This document shows positions 1 through 8,954 of a stretch of 64,000 nucleotides of DNA, in pieces. Under the pieces are notes generated by a model, which saw only the letters and a list, made by a program, of their open reading frames with translations, was not told where the DNA came from and ran no database searches. The stretch is taken from positions 2,911 through 66,910 of the forward strand of contig CAVRRT010000042.1 of the NCBI GenBank assembly GCA_963723305.1. The letters run 5' to 3'. The stretch comes from an uncultured Pseudomonadota bacterium (GTDB lineage: Bacteria > Myxococcota_A > Polyangia > Fen-1088). Each line of letters begins with the position of its first letter. The stretch's first letter is position 1. The position numbers were made by a program, and so were the translations under genes.

Positions 1-33
1 TCTCTCAGGACTCAACCCCACGGAGGTCTCTAA

Positions 34-426
34 ATGGCTCGCTCGTTGATTAGGCTCTCTCTGACCCTCGCCGCAATTGTCTACCTCACCGGTCCGGTTG
101 CGCGCGCCGACACCGCGGCCGAGAAGGCCGGCAACGGCATGGAGGAGAAGGGCGGTGCCGAAGAGAAGGCGGGCAACGTCGAGAAGGCCAAGGGCGCCAA
201 GATGGAGAAGGCCGGCAAGGCCGAGGAGAAGGCCGGCAAGAAGAACGGCGACAAGTCCGAAGAGATGGCAGGCGAGAAGAAGAAGAAAAAGGGGCACGCC
301 GTCGAGAAGGCTGGCGAAGCCAAGGGCGACGAGGCCAAGCAGATGAAGAAGTCCGGCAACGACTCGGAGAAGGCCGGCGTCAAGGCCAAGAAGGCCCTGA
401 CCGCCGCCAAGTCCGACCCCCAGTAA
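34..426 (+). CDS. secreted low-complexity Lys/Glu/Ala/Gly-rich repeat protein (about nine EKAG-type units)
   Basis: ATG ORF with signal peptide MARSLIRLSLTLAAIVYLTGPVARA/D. The mature part is almost only K, E, A, G, M and N, with repeated (E/V/M)EKAG(N/K) units and a KKKKK run. Confidence 0.6.
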   Translation: MARSLIRLSLTLAAIVYLTGPVARADTAAEKAGNGMEEKGGAEEKAGNVEKAKGAKMEKAGKAEEKAGKKNGDKSEEMAGEKKKKKGHAVEKAGEAKGDEAKQMKKSGNDSEKAGVKAKKALTAAKSDPQ

Positions 427-698
427 CACGGCTCCATTTTGGGCGAGCCGGCCGGATCGCTCCAGGTCGGGGCGGAGCCGTCATCTTCGGGCCGCCGCGG
501 ACAGCTCCTCGCCCACAAAAGCCTCGCTCGAGAGCGATCGCTCATCTCGTCACGTCGGTCGGCGATTGTCGCAGGTGCGCTGATGCCGCGACGGCGTGGG
601 CTGCGCCCGCACCTCCTCGCGGCCGTGTTACGATCGGACGGCCGTTCCGCGTTCGCCGCCGAGTCGGGCCGCCGGTTCGGCGCCACGTCTACTACGAG

Positions 699-1001
699 GT
701 GAGGCTCCGCATGTGGCTGAGTCGCCGAGAGCCAGTTCGGTGGTCGAAGCCGTGGGGTTTGCTCAATTTCGCGCGAGTCGAAGATGAGGGCACGACGCTA
801 TTCACGCGCCTGAGGGTCGACCGCGAGTGCATGTTTGCTGGGCTGTTCTATGGCGTCCACGGGATGCAGGTTGGCGGGACGCGTCGGCTGCGAGTCGCGC
901 CGCACCTTGCTTACCGCGAAGCGGGCTTGCCCGGCGTGATCCCTCCGAACGCGCTCCTGACCGTCGAAGTTCTGGTCGTCGGTGAGCGGGGCACCGTCTA
1001 A
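699..1001 (+). CDS. FKBP-type peptidyl-prolyl isomerase domain protein (start uncertain, possibly truncated)
   Basis: C-terminal GMQVGGTRRLRVAPHLAYREAGLPGVIPPNALLTVEVLVV matches the FKBP signature (GMxVGGxRxLxIPxxLAYGxxGxxxIPPNAxLxFEVxLL). The FKBP-like VYYEV strand lies upstream of the only GTG/ATG start. Confidence 0.45.
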   Translation: MRLRMWLSRREPVRWSKPWGLLNFARVEDEGTTLFTRLRVDRECMFAGLFYGVHGMQVGGTRRLRVAPHLAYREAGLPGVIPPNALLTVEVLVVGERGTV

Positions 1002-1005
1002 CCGC

Positions 1006-1045
1006 GCGTTGCAGCGGACGGCACTCGCGCGCCGCCGCTGAACGC
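1006..1045. repeat. REP-like extragenic hairpin, copy 1
   Basis: GCGTT-G-CAGCGG-A-CGGC, loop actcgcgc, then GCCG-CCGCTG-AACGC. It starts 5 nt after the FKBP stop and shares the GTTGCAG(T)CGGACGG core with copies at 1301 and 1872. Confidence 0.6.
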
Positions 1046-1300
1046 GAGATCGTTAGGCGGACGGAATGGCGATCCAGGACGTACTAGCGAAGCAACTCGA
1101 GTTCGACCAAGCACTCCCGACCCAGCTGAGTGCGGGGGGCGACAATGCGAGCGTCGTGCATAAGGTCGAGCATCACTTTGTGGCGGCGGAGCGTTGCCCT
1201 GGCCTTCAAGGCCTCGCCGGTGTGCTCGGGCAGCTGACCTAGCGACACGGGCTCTCCTGAGCCCGGGGATGATCAGTCGGTGTCGATGGCAGCCCAACCC

Positions 1301-1367
1301 GCCGTTGCAGTCGGACGGGCGCGTCGGTCGCCCTCCGGGCTCCCTCTCGCGCCCGCGGCTTAACGGC
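1301..1367. repeat. REP-like extragenic hairpin, copy 2
   Basis: GCCGTT (1301-1306) pairs with AACGGC (1362-1367), and CGGGCGCG (1316-1323) pairs with CGCGCCCG (1348-1355). It contains the 22-mer GTTGCAGTCGGACGGGCGCGTC (1304-1325). Confidence 0.6.
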
Positions 1368-1400
1368 AGTATCGTTGGACAAACCCGCCGTGCTGACGCC

Positions 1401-1661
1401 TTAAGCCTCGACGAGGATCACCAAAGTGTCGGCCACGACGCCGTCATGCGCCATCGCCTCAGCGGCCCCGGGAGTCTTCATCGCGGCCTGGAGCTTATCC
1501 ATGTCGGGAACCTCCATCATCACAGCCACACGAGTCGGGTTCTGGGGGTCTATGAACTTCCGGATGCCGGTAATTCCAAGGGGGCCGAAAAACTTCTCGC
1601 GCATTGGCGACGCGAGCCAATGCTTACGGTCCTTCACGTCGTGATAGCCGATTACAGTCAT
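1401..1661 (-). CDS. small hypothetical protein (86 aa)
   Basis: ORF from the internal ATG, MTVIGYHDVKDRKHWLASPMREKFFGPLGITGIRKF..., with balanced composition and no signal peptide. Family not recognised with confidence. Confidence 0.55.
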   Translation of the reverse strand: MTVIGYHDVKDRKHWLASPMREKFFGPLGITGIRKFIDPQNPTRVAVMMEVPDMDKLQAAMKTPGAAEAMAHDGVVADTLVILVEA

Positions 1662-1871
1662 TGTGTCTCCATTCGTCTGCGTACGTCGCGATGGGATCGC
1701 CACGGCCGCCGCGACCGTTCGCCCAACGTGGCAGACTCGCAGACGCTCGTTCAGCCGTCAACGGTCTTGGCGCCGGTGCGCGGAATCGACACGCGCCAAG
1801 CCCTGGATGGAACGCTCGCGACTGGTCGACGGCGCTGCGGCTTTCCCCATACGAAGGCCGCCCAACAAGAC

Positions 1872-1893
1872 GTTGCAGTCGGACGGGCGCGTC
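1872..1893. repeat. REP-like element, partial copy 3
   Basis: Exact copy of the 22-mer GTTGCAGTCGGACGGGCGCGTC seen at 1304-1325, also preceded by CCCAAC. The right hairpin arm is missing. It lies in the intergenic gap 1662-1918. Confidence 0.6.
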
Positions 1894-1918
1894 TCGCCTG
1901 GACTCCCGCAATTCGCGC

Positions 1919-2755
1919 TCAGGTTCCCGCGCAGATCGGCGGACCACAGATGTCGACCCCGGGCGAGGTCTCGTTGCAGCCGTCGCTGGCGCACTCGGCG
2001 GCGCTGACACAGGGCGAGCCGTCCGGCTGTGGCTCGCCGCAGGTCGCCCCGGTGAGCTGGTCTGACGCGAGAGCGATGCAGGCGCCGCTGACGCAGTCGG
2101 TATCCTGTTCGCACGCCGACTGGTCGGGGAGCGGCGAGCCGCAGCTGCCGGCGCGGCAGACGATCGACGGATCGCACTCGGCGTTGTACGTGCAACTTGC
2201 TCCGGCCGGCTGACCCGGGAGACATCCGAGGCTCGTCGGGTCGCAATATTGCCCGGTCGGGCAGGAGACCGTCCGACACGAAGGGGCAGCACAGTAGTCA
2301 GACTCGCAATCATGGCTGGCACAGACGAAGTCCAGGTCCCCGCAAGGTGCGCCGGTCTGCCCAGTCCCTTGAGTGACGTCGGAGCAGGACGCCGGGAGAC
2401 TCAGGCTTCCCAAGCGAAAGAGAGCGGCGCACGAGTCGTTCGAAGTGTCGTTGAGGCAGGCGGCCGCCGCCTGACCGTCGTACCGCACCATTCCGGTCGA
2501 AAGGACCTGATTCAGGCTGGTCTGTTCTTCTCCCCCCAGCGTCGTCTCACATTGAGCTTCGGTCGTGTAACCCATCTGCGCCGCCTCGTTAGCGTTGCAA
2601 CAGCCGAAAAGCCTGGCGCAGACAGCGGCGGAGGTCTGCTGACCCCAGCTCCCCACAGGAACGCCGCCGGAGGTCGAGGGGGAGCTTGCGCTGCACCCCC
2701 CGAGCAGCAACGCAAACGCGAGCTTACACACCCGGCCGGTCGCGAGGGTTGGCAT
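1919..2755 (-). CDS. Cys-rich lipoprotein
   Basis: Lipobox LLLGGC/SAS. About 30 Cys, with four G-x2-C-x4-6-(D/E)C-x-S-x2-C units (GAPCGDLDFVCASHDC, GASCTYNAECDPSIVCRAGSC, QSACEQDTDCVSGAC, GSPCVSAAECASDGC). Confidence 0.7.
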   Translation of the reverse strand: MPTLATGRVCKLAFALLLGGCSASSPSTSGGVPVGSWGQQTSAAVCARLFGCCNANEAAQMGYTTEAQCETTLGGEEQTSLNQVLSTGMVRYDGQAAAACLNDTSNDSCAALFRLGSLSLPASCSDVTQGTGQTGAPCGDLDFVCASHDCESDYCAAPSCRTVSCPTGQYCDPTSLGCLPGQPAGASCTYNAECDPSIVCRAGSCGSPLPDQSACEQDTDCVSGACIALASDQLTGATCGEPQPDGSPCVSAAECASDGCNETSPGVDICGPPICAGT

Positions 2756-3339
2756 GTCTGACGATTCTGCAACCGAAGGTCGACATTGTGAAAGTGTTGA
2801 GATGCCGACACCTCCGATGGAAGGAAGCTGTCAGGAAGTCGGCGCATGAGCGCCGAAGTCAGGACGGCTCAACATCCGCGCGACCGGAGACCATCTCGTC
2901 CTCCGGCCCGACCGGGAGCCATCGTCAAGATCATCATCGACGACGACCGATGTCCCCCCGGCACCGGCAGCAATTCGCAGGCTCGAGCGGGCAATCGACA
3001 GCATGGGAGACATCGCGCTGCGAACGTCCAGTCGGCCGGAACCCGCAGGTGCCCTATTTTGAACGTCAGCCTCGGGCGGCCAATGGGACGTGGCGACGAG
3101 CTTGTACCCGGAAGCTCGCAGAGCAGGGTAGGCCTGGTCCGTGATTTCGGGAACGGGCACGAACCGTGACCACCGACGGGTCGAGGCCTAAAGCCCGATC
3201 ATCCCTCGCTCGCCCAGTGTGATCCGAGATCACAGTAGTAACCGAACTGTTGCTGGATCCCCAGGAGTCGCCTGACGGATTCTCCGGGCCGGCTGGCGGT
3301 CCGCCAACCCACCAAATCAGGTACGCCAAGGAGGCTCCC

Positions 3340-5472
3340 TTGAAGCTGCGGTCGAGAATGATGAGCATCGGAGTGGCACTGGTCCTCGCGGGCGCTAGCG
3401 CCGCGTTCGAAGGGTGCGGCGAGCATGCGTCGTCGATGACCGACAACTCTCAGCTCGGGTCGGTCGAGATTGGCCTCGTCGAGGGTGGTGTCACCTTGAC
3501 GAGCGTGAGCTATGCGATCAGCGGCCCGAACAATTTCTCGACTTCGGGGACGATCAACGTCGCCTCCAGCAGCACGGTCTCGACGATCATCGGGGGCCTT
3601 CCGGCTGGCAACGGCTACACGATCATGCTCAGCGCCACCGGGACTGACGGCGCGACAATGTGCGGCGGAAGCGCGACCTTCAACGTAACGGCCGGCGTCG
3701 TCGCCAAGGTTACTGTCGCGCTCGACTGCCACCAGCCGGCGAAGACGGGCAGCGTGGCCGTCAACGGCACCATCAACGTCTGCCCAGTCGTCGACGGGAT
3801 CTCGGCCAGCCCGGCGGACGTGGCTGTGGGCTTTCCGGTCGCGCTGGCGATCGCCGCCCATGATCCGGACAACGGCCCCTCGCCGCTGTCATACGGCTGG
3901 ACGGCGGCCTCCGGGTCATTCAGCGCCGCCACCTCGGCGACCCCCACCTTCGTCTGCAACACGCCGGGGCCGGTCACGCTGACCGCCAGCGTCTCCGATG
4001 GCGATACGACTCCGGGGTGCGCAGGTGTCCTGTCGCTCGTCGTCACCTGCGAGCCCGGCACGTTGCTGGTTCCCAACTCGTTGGTCATCAGCAGCAGCAT
4101 CTACGATCGTACACAAGGCGCCGTCGCGTCGCTGGCCGTCGGGACGACGCTGGCCAATTCGGCCACTGCGACCACGAGCGCGACCTCGGGGAATAACTAC
4201 CTCACCGTCTGGGACAACGAAACTCCGGATGCCAGCTTCGGCGTGACTTCACTGATCCAGCTGATGGACATCGATCCGAGCAGCGCCAACGTCCTCAGCA
4301 AGGTCGTCGTCCCGACCAATCAGGTTGTCACGAGCTTCTCGTCCAAGTCGGAGCTCGGTCTCCACATCACCAAGGACTCGACCGGATCCCACCTCGTGTT
4401 CGTGGGCTATGCGGGCGCAGGGATCGGTGCGCTCGACGTGTCGAACGCCGACGCCGTTCCCGGGCAGGATCCGACCAACCCGGTCAGTTTCGCGTTCGGC
4501 TCGAGCTACGCGTTCGCGCGCACGATCGTCTCCATGGATGGGAGCGGGAACTTCTCGTACACGCCGTCGATCAACTACGGGGGCAACAACGGCCGCTCGG
4601 CTTTGCTTGGCTCGAACGGGCTTTACTACACGGTGGGCAACGCGAATAACGGCAATGCGACGACCTTCGGTCCGACGAATGGGACGAATCCCGACGTGAC
4701 CGAGACGACGGGTCTCGAGGTGGTCAGCCCCATCAATGGAGCCTCGTCGAGCGTCGCCATCCCGGCTGGTAATTCGGCCGAGGTCGATCCCCTGATTCAG
4801 TACACGTTTGGCACGGCGAAGCCCGACAAGCCCGGCAAAGACAACAACTACCGTGGCGTGACCGAGTTCGGCGGGGCGCTCTACTTCACCAAGGGGAGCG
4901 GCAGCAACGGCATGGATACGGTCTACACGGTCGCCTCTCTTCCGACCGTTGCCAACGCTGCCGCCGCCACGATCAGCGTCGTCTCCGGCTTTCCGACGGA
5001 CTCCGCGAAGTCGACGGGGGGCAACTTCACGCCCTTTGCCGTGTTCTTCGCAAACGCCACGACGATGTACGTGAGTGACGAAGGGTCGGGCAACGCGACC
5101 GATACGGCGAGCCATGCCGGTCTCGAAAAGTGGAGCCTGGTCGGCGGTACCTGGCAGCTCGATTACGTGCTGACCCAGGGCCTGGTCGGCCAGGTCGATA
5201 CCGGCCTGACCGGAGCCGACGGCACATGGCCGAACGTGACCACGGTTGGGCTGCGCAACCTCACCGGTGTGGTCAACGGCGACCAGGTGACCCTGTGGGC
5301 GACGACTTCGACGTCCAGCACCTCCGGAGACAACGGCGCTGATCCAAATAAGGTCGTGGTGATCACCGACCAGCTCTCGGCCACGACGCTGGTGCCCACT
5401 GAGTCGTTCAGCACGGTGGTCGGGCCGACCTATGGCACCGTGTATCGCGGGGTTGCCTACGTGAACAACTAG
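3340..5472 (+). CDS. large secreted/lipoprotein with Ig/PKD-like domain and probable beta-propeller region
   Basis: TTG start 5 nt after AAGGAGG (3328-3334), giving n-region KLRSR plus MMSIGVALVLAGASAAFEGC. PKD-like segment AHDPDNGPSPLSYGWTAASGSF...VTLTASVSDGD. Long Ser/Thr/Gly/Asn-rich C-terminal domain. Confidence 0.75.
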   Translation: MKLRSRMMSIGVALVLAGASAAFEGCGEHASSMTDNSQLGSVEIGLVEGGVTLTSVSYAISGPNNFSTSGTINVASSSTVSTIIGGLPAGNGYTIMLSATGTDGATMCGGSATFNVTAGVVAKVTVALDCHQPAKTGSVAVNGTINVCPVVDGISASPADVAVGFPVALAIAAHDPDNGPSPLSYGWTAASGSFSAATSATPTFVCNTPGPVTLTASVSDGDTTPGCAGVLSLVVTCEPGTLLVPNSLVISSSIYDRTQGAVASLAVGTTLANSATATTSATSGNNYLTVWDNETPDASFGVTSLIQLMDIDPSSANVLSKVVVPTNQVVTSFSSKSELGLHITKDSTGSHLVFVGYAGAGIGALDVSNADAVPGQDPTNPVSFAFGSSYAFARTIVSMDGSGNFSYTPSINYGGNNGRSALLGSNGLYYTVGNANNGNATTFGPTNGTNPDVTETTGLEVVSPINGASSSVAIPAGNSAEVDPLIQYTFGTAKPDKPGKDNNYRGVTEFGGALYFTKGSGSNGMDTVYTVASLPTVANAAAATISVVSGFPTDSAKSTGGNFTPFAVFFANATTMYVSDEGSGNATDTASHAGLEKWSLVGGTWQLDYVLTQGLVGQVDTGLTGADGTWPNVTTVGLRNLTGVVNGDQVTLWATTSTSSTSGDNGADPNKVVVITDQLSATTLVPTESFSTVVGPTYGTVYRGVAYVNN

Positions 5473-5890
5473 CGGCTTCGCCTCCCGGAGCGGCGATCCC
5501 CGGGGTCTGCGGACACAGGCCCCGGACGCCGCGTGCCACGTGAGCGGGGCGGGCCGCAGTCTGGCACCCATTAGGGTTGGTTCGGACCGGTAGCAGAAGA
5601 CTTCGCTCGAGCTTAAAGTGCAAACGCTCGTCCCCAAACGGGATCGATGCGGAAGCCACGAGGGATCGGGATCGCAGGGAGGTTGGCGGAGCGGGCGATT
5701 CGGACGAACCCCGCTTTGAAATCCTATGCCCGAGCCGGTAGGCGATTCGGTCACATCTCAACGCTCCCGGGTAACGCCGTAGGAACGCCCGCCGCTCTTT
5801 TGATCCCCGCCCGTAGCGTCCGGCCATCCGGGATGACGCGCCCCGCGGGTACGGCGCTTGCTGTCTTTCCGTGCCTGGGGGGACGGACTT

Positions 5891-7432
5891 ATGAAAATGT
5901 TGGCTTGGGGGCTGGGGGTGATCGCGGTCGCATCGGTCTGGGCGAGCGGCTGCTCGAAGGGTGGGTCGGCGGCGGTGCTGGACGGGTCGGCGATTCGGCA
6001 GTCCGGACAGGGTGACTCCGAGGACGCCGCGAATGCGGCCCAAGTGGTCAGCGACGCGGGGGGGAGCGCGATCCTCTGTTCGGACCTCTTCGATCAGACG
6101 ATCCTGCCGATGCTCTCGATCGACATTACGGCCGACAATTGGGCCAAATTGACTACCGACTTCAACGACATAAAGGACGTCGAGGCGGGCAATCCGCCGG
6201 ACACCTACTACCCGGTAACCTTTCATTATGGGGCGGAGACAGTCACCGACGCGGCCATCAAGCTGCGTGGGAAGTCGTCATGGGTGAACACCGTCCTCCA
6301 CGACACCAACCCCAAGATGCAGTTCGACATCTCATTCGATCAGATCGACACCAAGGGTAAGTTCCACGGCGTCTCGAGCATTCACCTGACGATGCCGCGT
6401 GACGACTGGACGTTCATCAATAACCGAATCGGCGACAACTGGTTGCGCCGGATCGGGTTGATGGCCCCGTGCGCGAACAACGCGACCTTCACCATCAACG
6501 GGGCTTACTACGGCCTCTACGTCCTGGAAGGGAGCGTGGGGAAGTCGCTCCTCGAACAGTACTACCCCAGCGACTATTCAGGCGATCTCTTCAAGGGGGG
6601 GACCGAGGCCGAGACCAACACCACCAGCCCGAACTGGTCGCGGCTCCAGGCCCTCAACGCCGCGGCCGACATCGCCACGCTGCAGACCCTCGTCGACATC
6701 CCGAACACCGTCCTCGACTGGGCGGCCGAGGCGGTTGTCGAGGACTGCGACGGTTACTACGGAGGCTCGCATAACTACTACATCTACGACCAGGGGACCC
6801 CAGGCTGGGTCTGGATCACCGACCATACCGACTCGGCGTTGGAGTGGGCCGAGATCTTTACCGGCGTGTCATACAAGGAACATCCGATCTACTGGTGGGC
6901 CGGCCGCGTGTCGCCCGACCCGCCCGGCACCGACTATCTCATCGTGATGAACGACCCCACCGCGCGCCAGCAGTACGTGAACGCCATCGCCACCCAGATC
7001 GCCAAGTGGGATCCCACCGAGATCGCCGGGTGGGTGAACACCTGGACCCCGCAGATCGCCAGCGCACTGGCAGCCGATCCCCACAAGTGGGCGACCGTCG
7101 CTCAAGCGCAGATGGCCGTGGCGTCGCTGCAGGACATGATCAAGAACCGCCCGGTCTACCTGCAGACTTTCGTCGGCTGCGAGCAGGGGAACCCGGCTGA
7201 CACCACCGACGCCGACGGCGACGGCGTGCCGTGGTGCAACGACTGCGACGACAACAACGCCTCGGTTCGCCCCGGTGCACCCGAGATTTGCGGGAACCAC
7301 ATCGACGACAACTGCAACGGCGTCGTCGACGAGAACTGTCCGGGCGAGACCCCCGGCTATCCCGGCCAGCCAGACGGCGGCGCCTCAGGCGGGAGCCCGA
7401 GCGCGAACCGGGACGGCGGGACGCGCGGGTAA
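5891..7432 (+). CDS. CotH-family (atypical kinase fold) lipoprotein with C-terminal Cys-rich metal-binding-like module
   Basis: Lipobox VWASGC. CotH-like block MLSIDITADNW...AIKLRGKSSW...KMQFDISFD...FHGVSSIHL...INGAYYGLYVLEGSVGKSLLEQYY...GDLFKGG. C-terminus DADGDGVPWCNDCDDNNASVRPGAPEICGNHIDDNCNGVVDENC. Confidence 0.8.
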   Translation: MKMLAWGLGVIAVASVWASGCSKGGSAAVLDGSAIRQSGQGDSEDAANAAQVVSDAGGSAILCSDLFDQTILPMLSIDITADNWAKLTTDFNDIKDVEAGNPPDTYYPVTFHYGAETVTDAAIKLRGKSSWVNTVLHDTNPKMQFDISFDQIDTKGKFHGVSSIHLTMPRDDWTFINNRIGDNWLRRIGLMAPCANNATFTINGAYYGLYVLEGSVGKSLLEQYYPSDYSGDLFKGGTEAETNTTSPNWSRLQALNAAADIATLQTLVDIPNTVLDWAAEAVVEDCDGYYGGSHNYYIYDQGTPGWVWITDHTDSALEWAEIFTGVSYKEHPIYWWAGRVSPDPPGTDYLIVMNDPTARQQYVNAIATQIAKWDPTEIAGWVNTWTPQIASALAADPHKWATVAQAQMAVASLQDMIKNRPVYLQTFVGCEQGNPADTTDADGDGVPWCNDCDDNNASVRPGAPEICGNHIDDNCNGVVDENCPGETPGYPGQPDGGASGGSPSANRDGGTRG

Positions 7433-8061
7433 ACGGTCGCCCCCCGTCGTCGCCCGAGGCCGCAAATGTCGTGTGTGTAGCCGAGGCGCTGCAGGTGGCG
7501 ATCGAACGCTCCGTTCCGATGCTCGGAATGCTCTATAGCCGATGATCCAGAACCTCGTCTCCTTCGCGCCATGATATCGGTTTAGCCGTGGGTCTGACCG
7601 TCGTCATGGTCTTCGGATATCACCGGCTGCTCACCGAGGTCTATCGAAACCCGGTGTCGCTGAGCTGAAGCCGGACCGTCACCGGCGGCGCGCTGATGAT
7701 CGATTCCTCGGAGAAGATCACTGTCGAGGGCGGTGACGCTCACGGCAGTGGCGCGCCAGGTTGACGTTTCTGACACCAGACTCGGCCGGGACGGCCACAA
7801 GTCCATCGCGCCTCAATCAGGATCTGGGCTTCGTCGCTGGACTGTCGCCGCCGGACCTGGGCGGGCACCGTTGCGGACGCGCTCAGGGAGGACGAGTAGG
7901 TCACCCCGGGGCGTGGCACTGGCGAAGGCCGGTTTCGGGGCAATGGTTGCTTGTTTGGTGGCCGAGTGGTCTCGCGAGAGAGCGCCGATCAAGTACCGGC
8001 GGTCGAACCCCTCAGCAGGAGGCGTCCCTCCAGAGCTGTTTTCTGCTACGAAGGGACACCG

Positions 8062-8814
8062 ATGCCTGCGACCTCGAAGGTTCCGCGCGTGACCCTCGCA
8101 TTCTGGGCGATCAAGCTCCTGGCGACGACGGTCGGCGAGACGGGCGGCGACGCGCTCTCGATGACGCTGGACCTCGGCTACGCGGTCGCGACCCTCATCT
8201 ATCTCGCGTTTTTCGCAGTGACGCTGGCGGCGCAGGTCGGGTCGCGGCGATTCCGCCCGCTCGTCTACTGGGCGGTGGTGGTCGCCACCACGACTGTCGG
8301 CACGACGATGTCTGACTATCTCGATCGCACACTTGGGCTTGGCTACCTGAAGTCGTCGATCGGCCTTTTCTGCGCCGTCGTCGCGGTCCTCTTCGTCTGG
8401 CGACGCGTGGAGGGGCGGATTGAGTTCCAGGAGATCACGACCCGGCGAGCCGAGATCTTCTATTGGCTGACGATCGTTGTCTCCAACACCCTCGGGACGG
8501 CGCTGGGGGACTTCCTCGCCACCACGGCCGGCGTCGGCTTCGAGCGTGGCACGCTGGTCTTCGCGGCGCTCCTGGCCGTGGTGGGAGCGGCGCACTTCTG
8601 GCTGAAGCGAATTCCGGCCAGCGCGCTTTTCTGGGCCGCCTACGTGCTTACGCGTCCGTTTGGCGCCACGCTCGGCGACACGCTGACAAAACCGCGTGAC
8701 GAGGGAGGTCTGGCGCTCGGACGGATCTCTGCGTCGCTCGCGATCGCTGCGGCGATGCTGATCCTCATTGCCGTGGTTGCGCTGCGCGACCGGAGGCGCA
8801 CGGCGCTGACGTGA
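8062..8814 (+). CDS. polytopic membrane protein with four-fold internal repeat (COG4705-like from memory)
   Basis: Four units: FWAIKLLATTVGETGGDALS, YWAVVVATTTVGTTMSDYLD, YWLTIVVSNTLGTALGDFLA and FWAAYVLTRPFGATLGDTLT. Each is followed by further hydrophobic helices. Confidence 0.75.
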   Translation: MPATSKVPRVTLAFWAIKLLATTVGETGGDALSMTLDLGYAVATLIYLAFFAVTLAAQVGSRRFRPLVYWAVVVATTTVGTTMSDYLDRTLGLGYLKSSIGLFCAVVAVLFVWRRVEGRIEFQEITTRRAEIFYWLTIVVSNTLGTALGDFLATTAGVGFERGTLVFAALLAVVGAAHFWLKRIPASALFWAAYVLTRPFGATLGDTLTKPRDEGGLALGRISASLAIAAAMLILIAVVALRDRRRTALT

Positions 8815-8954
8815 CCCGAAGGTGTCCGCAGGTCATCCGCGGGCGCTGGCGAGAGGCCGCGAGCTTTTGTCGTGTCCACCGGCTGCCGTCCCTCGCACCC
8901 ACGACGCGGATACGCCTGCGCGAGGGCCCGCGGCCGAAGCGATTCTGTGACCGG

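Noticed and set aside
2831-3160. 109-aa minus-strand ORF in the gap before the 3340 gene (first part MPVPEITDQAYPALRASGYKLVATSHWPPEADVQNR looks protein-like)
   Set aside because: It is short, the second half is low-complexity, and it has no RBS or recognisable family. It may be a gene relic, but this is not supportable. The nearby GTGATC-cga-GATCAC palindrome (3218-3232) was noted but is too short to call.
5541-5560. TGGCAC motifs (also at 7914-7919) as possible sigma-54 promoters
   Set aside because: The required TTGC element at the correct spacing (-12) is absent in both cases.
4249-5754. 501-aa minus-strand ORF
   Set aside because: It is antisense to the well-supported secreted protein at 3340-5472, with an Arg-rich composition and no start context or domains.
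7950-8030. tRNA-like string GGTGGCCGAGTGGTCT...GGTCGAACCCC
   Set aside because: It resembles class II tRNA D-loop and T-loop consensus, but no 7-bp acceptor stem, anticodon arm or proper T-stem can be drawn. It is probably coincidental.
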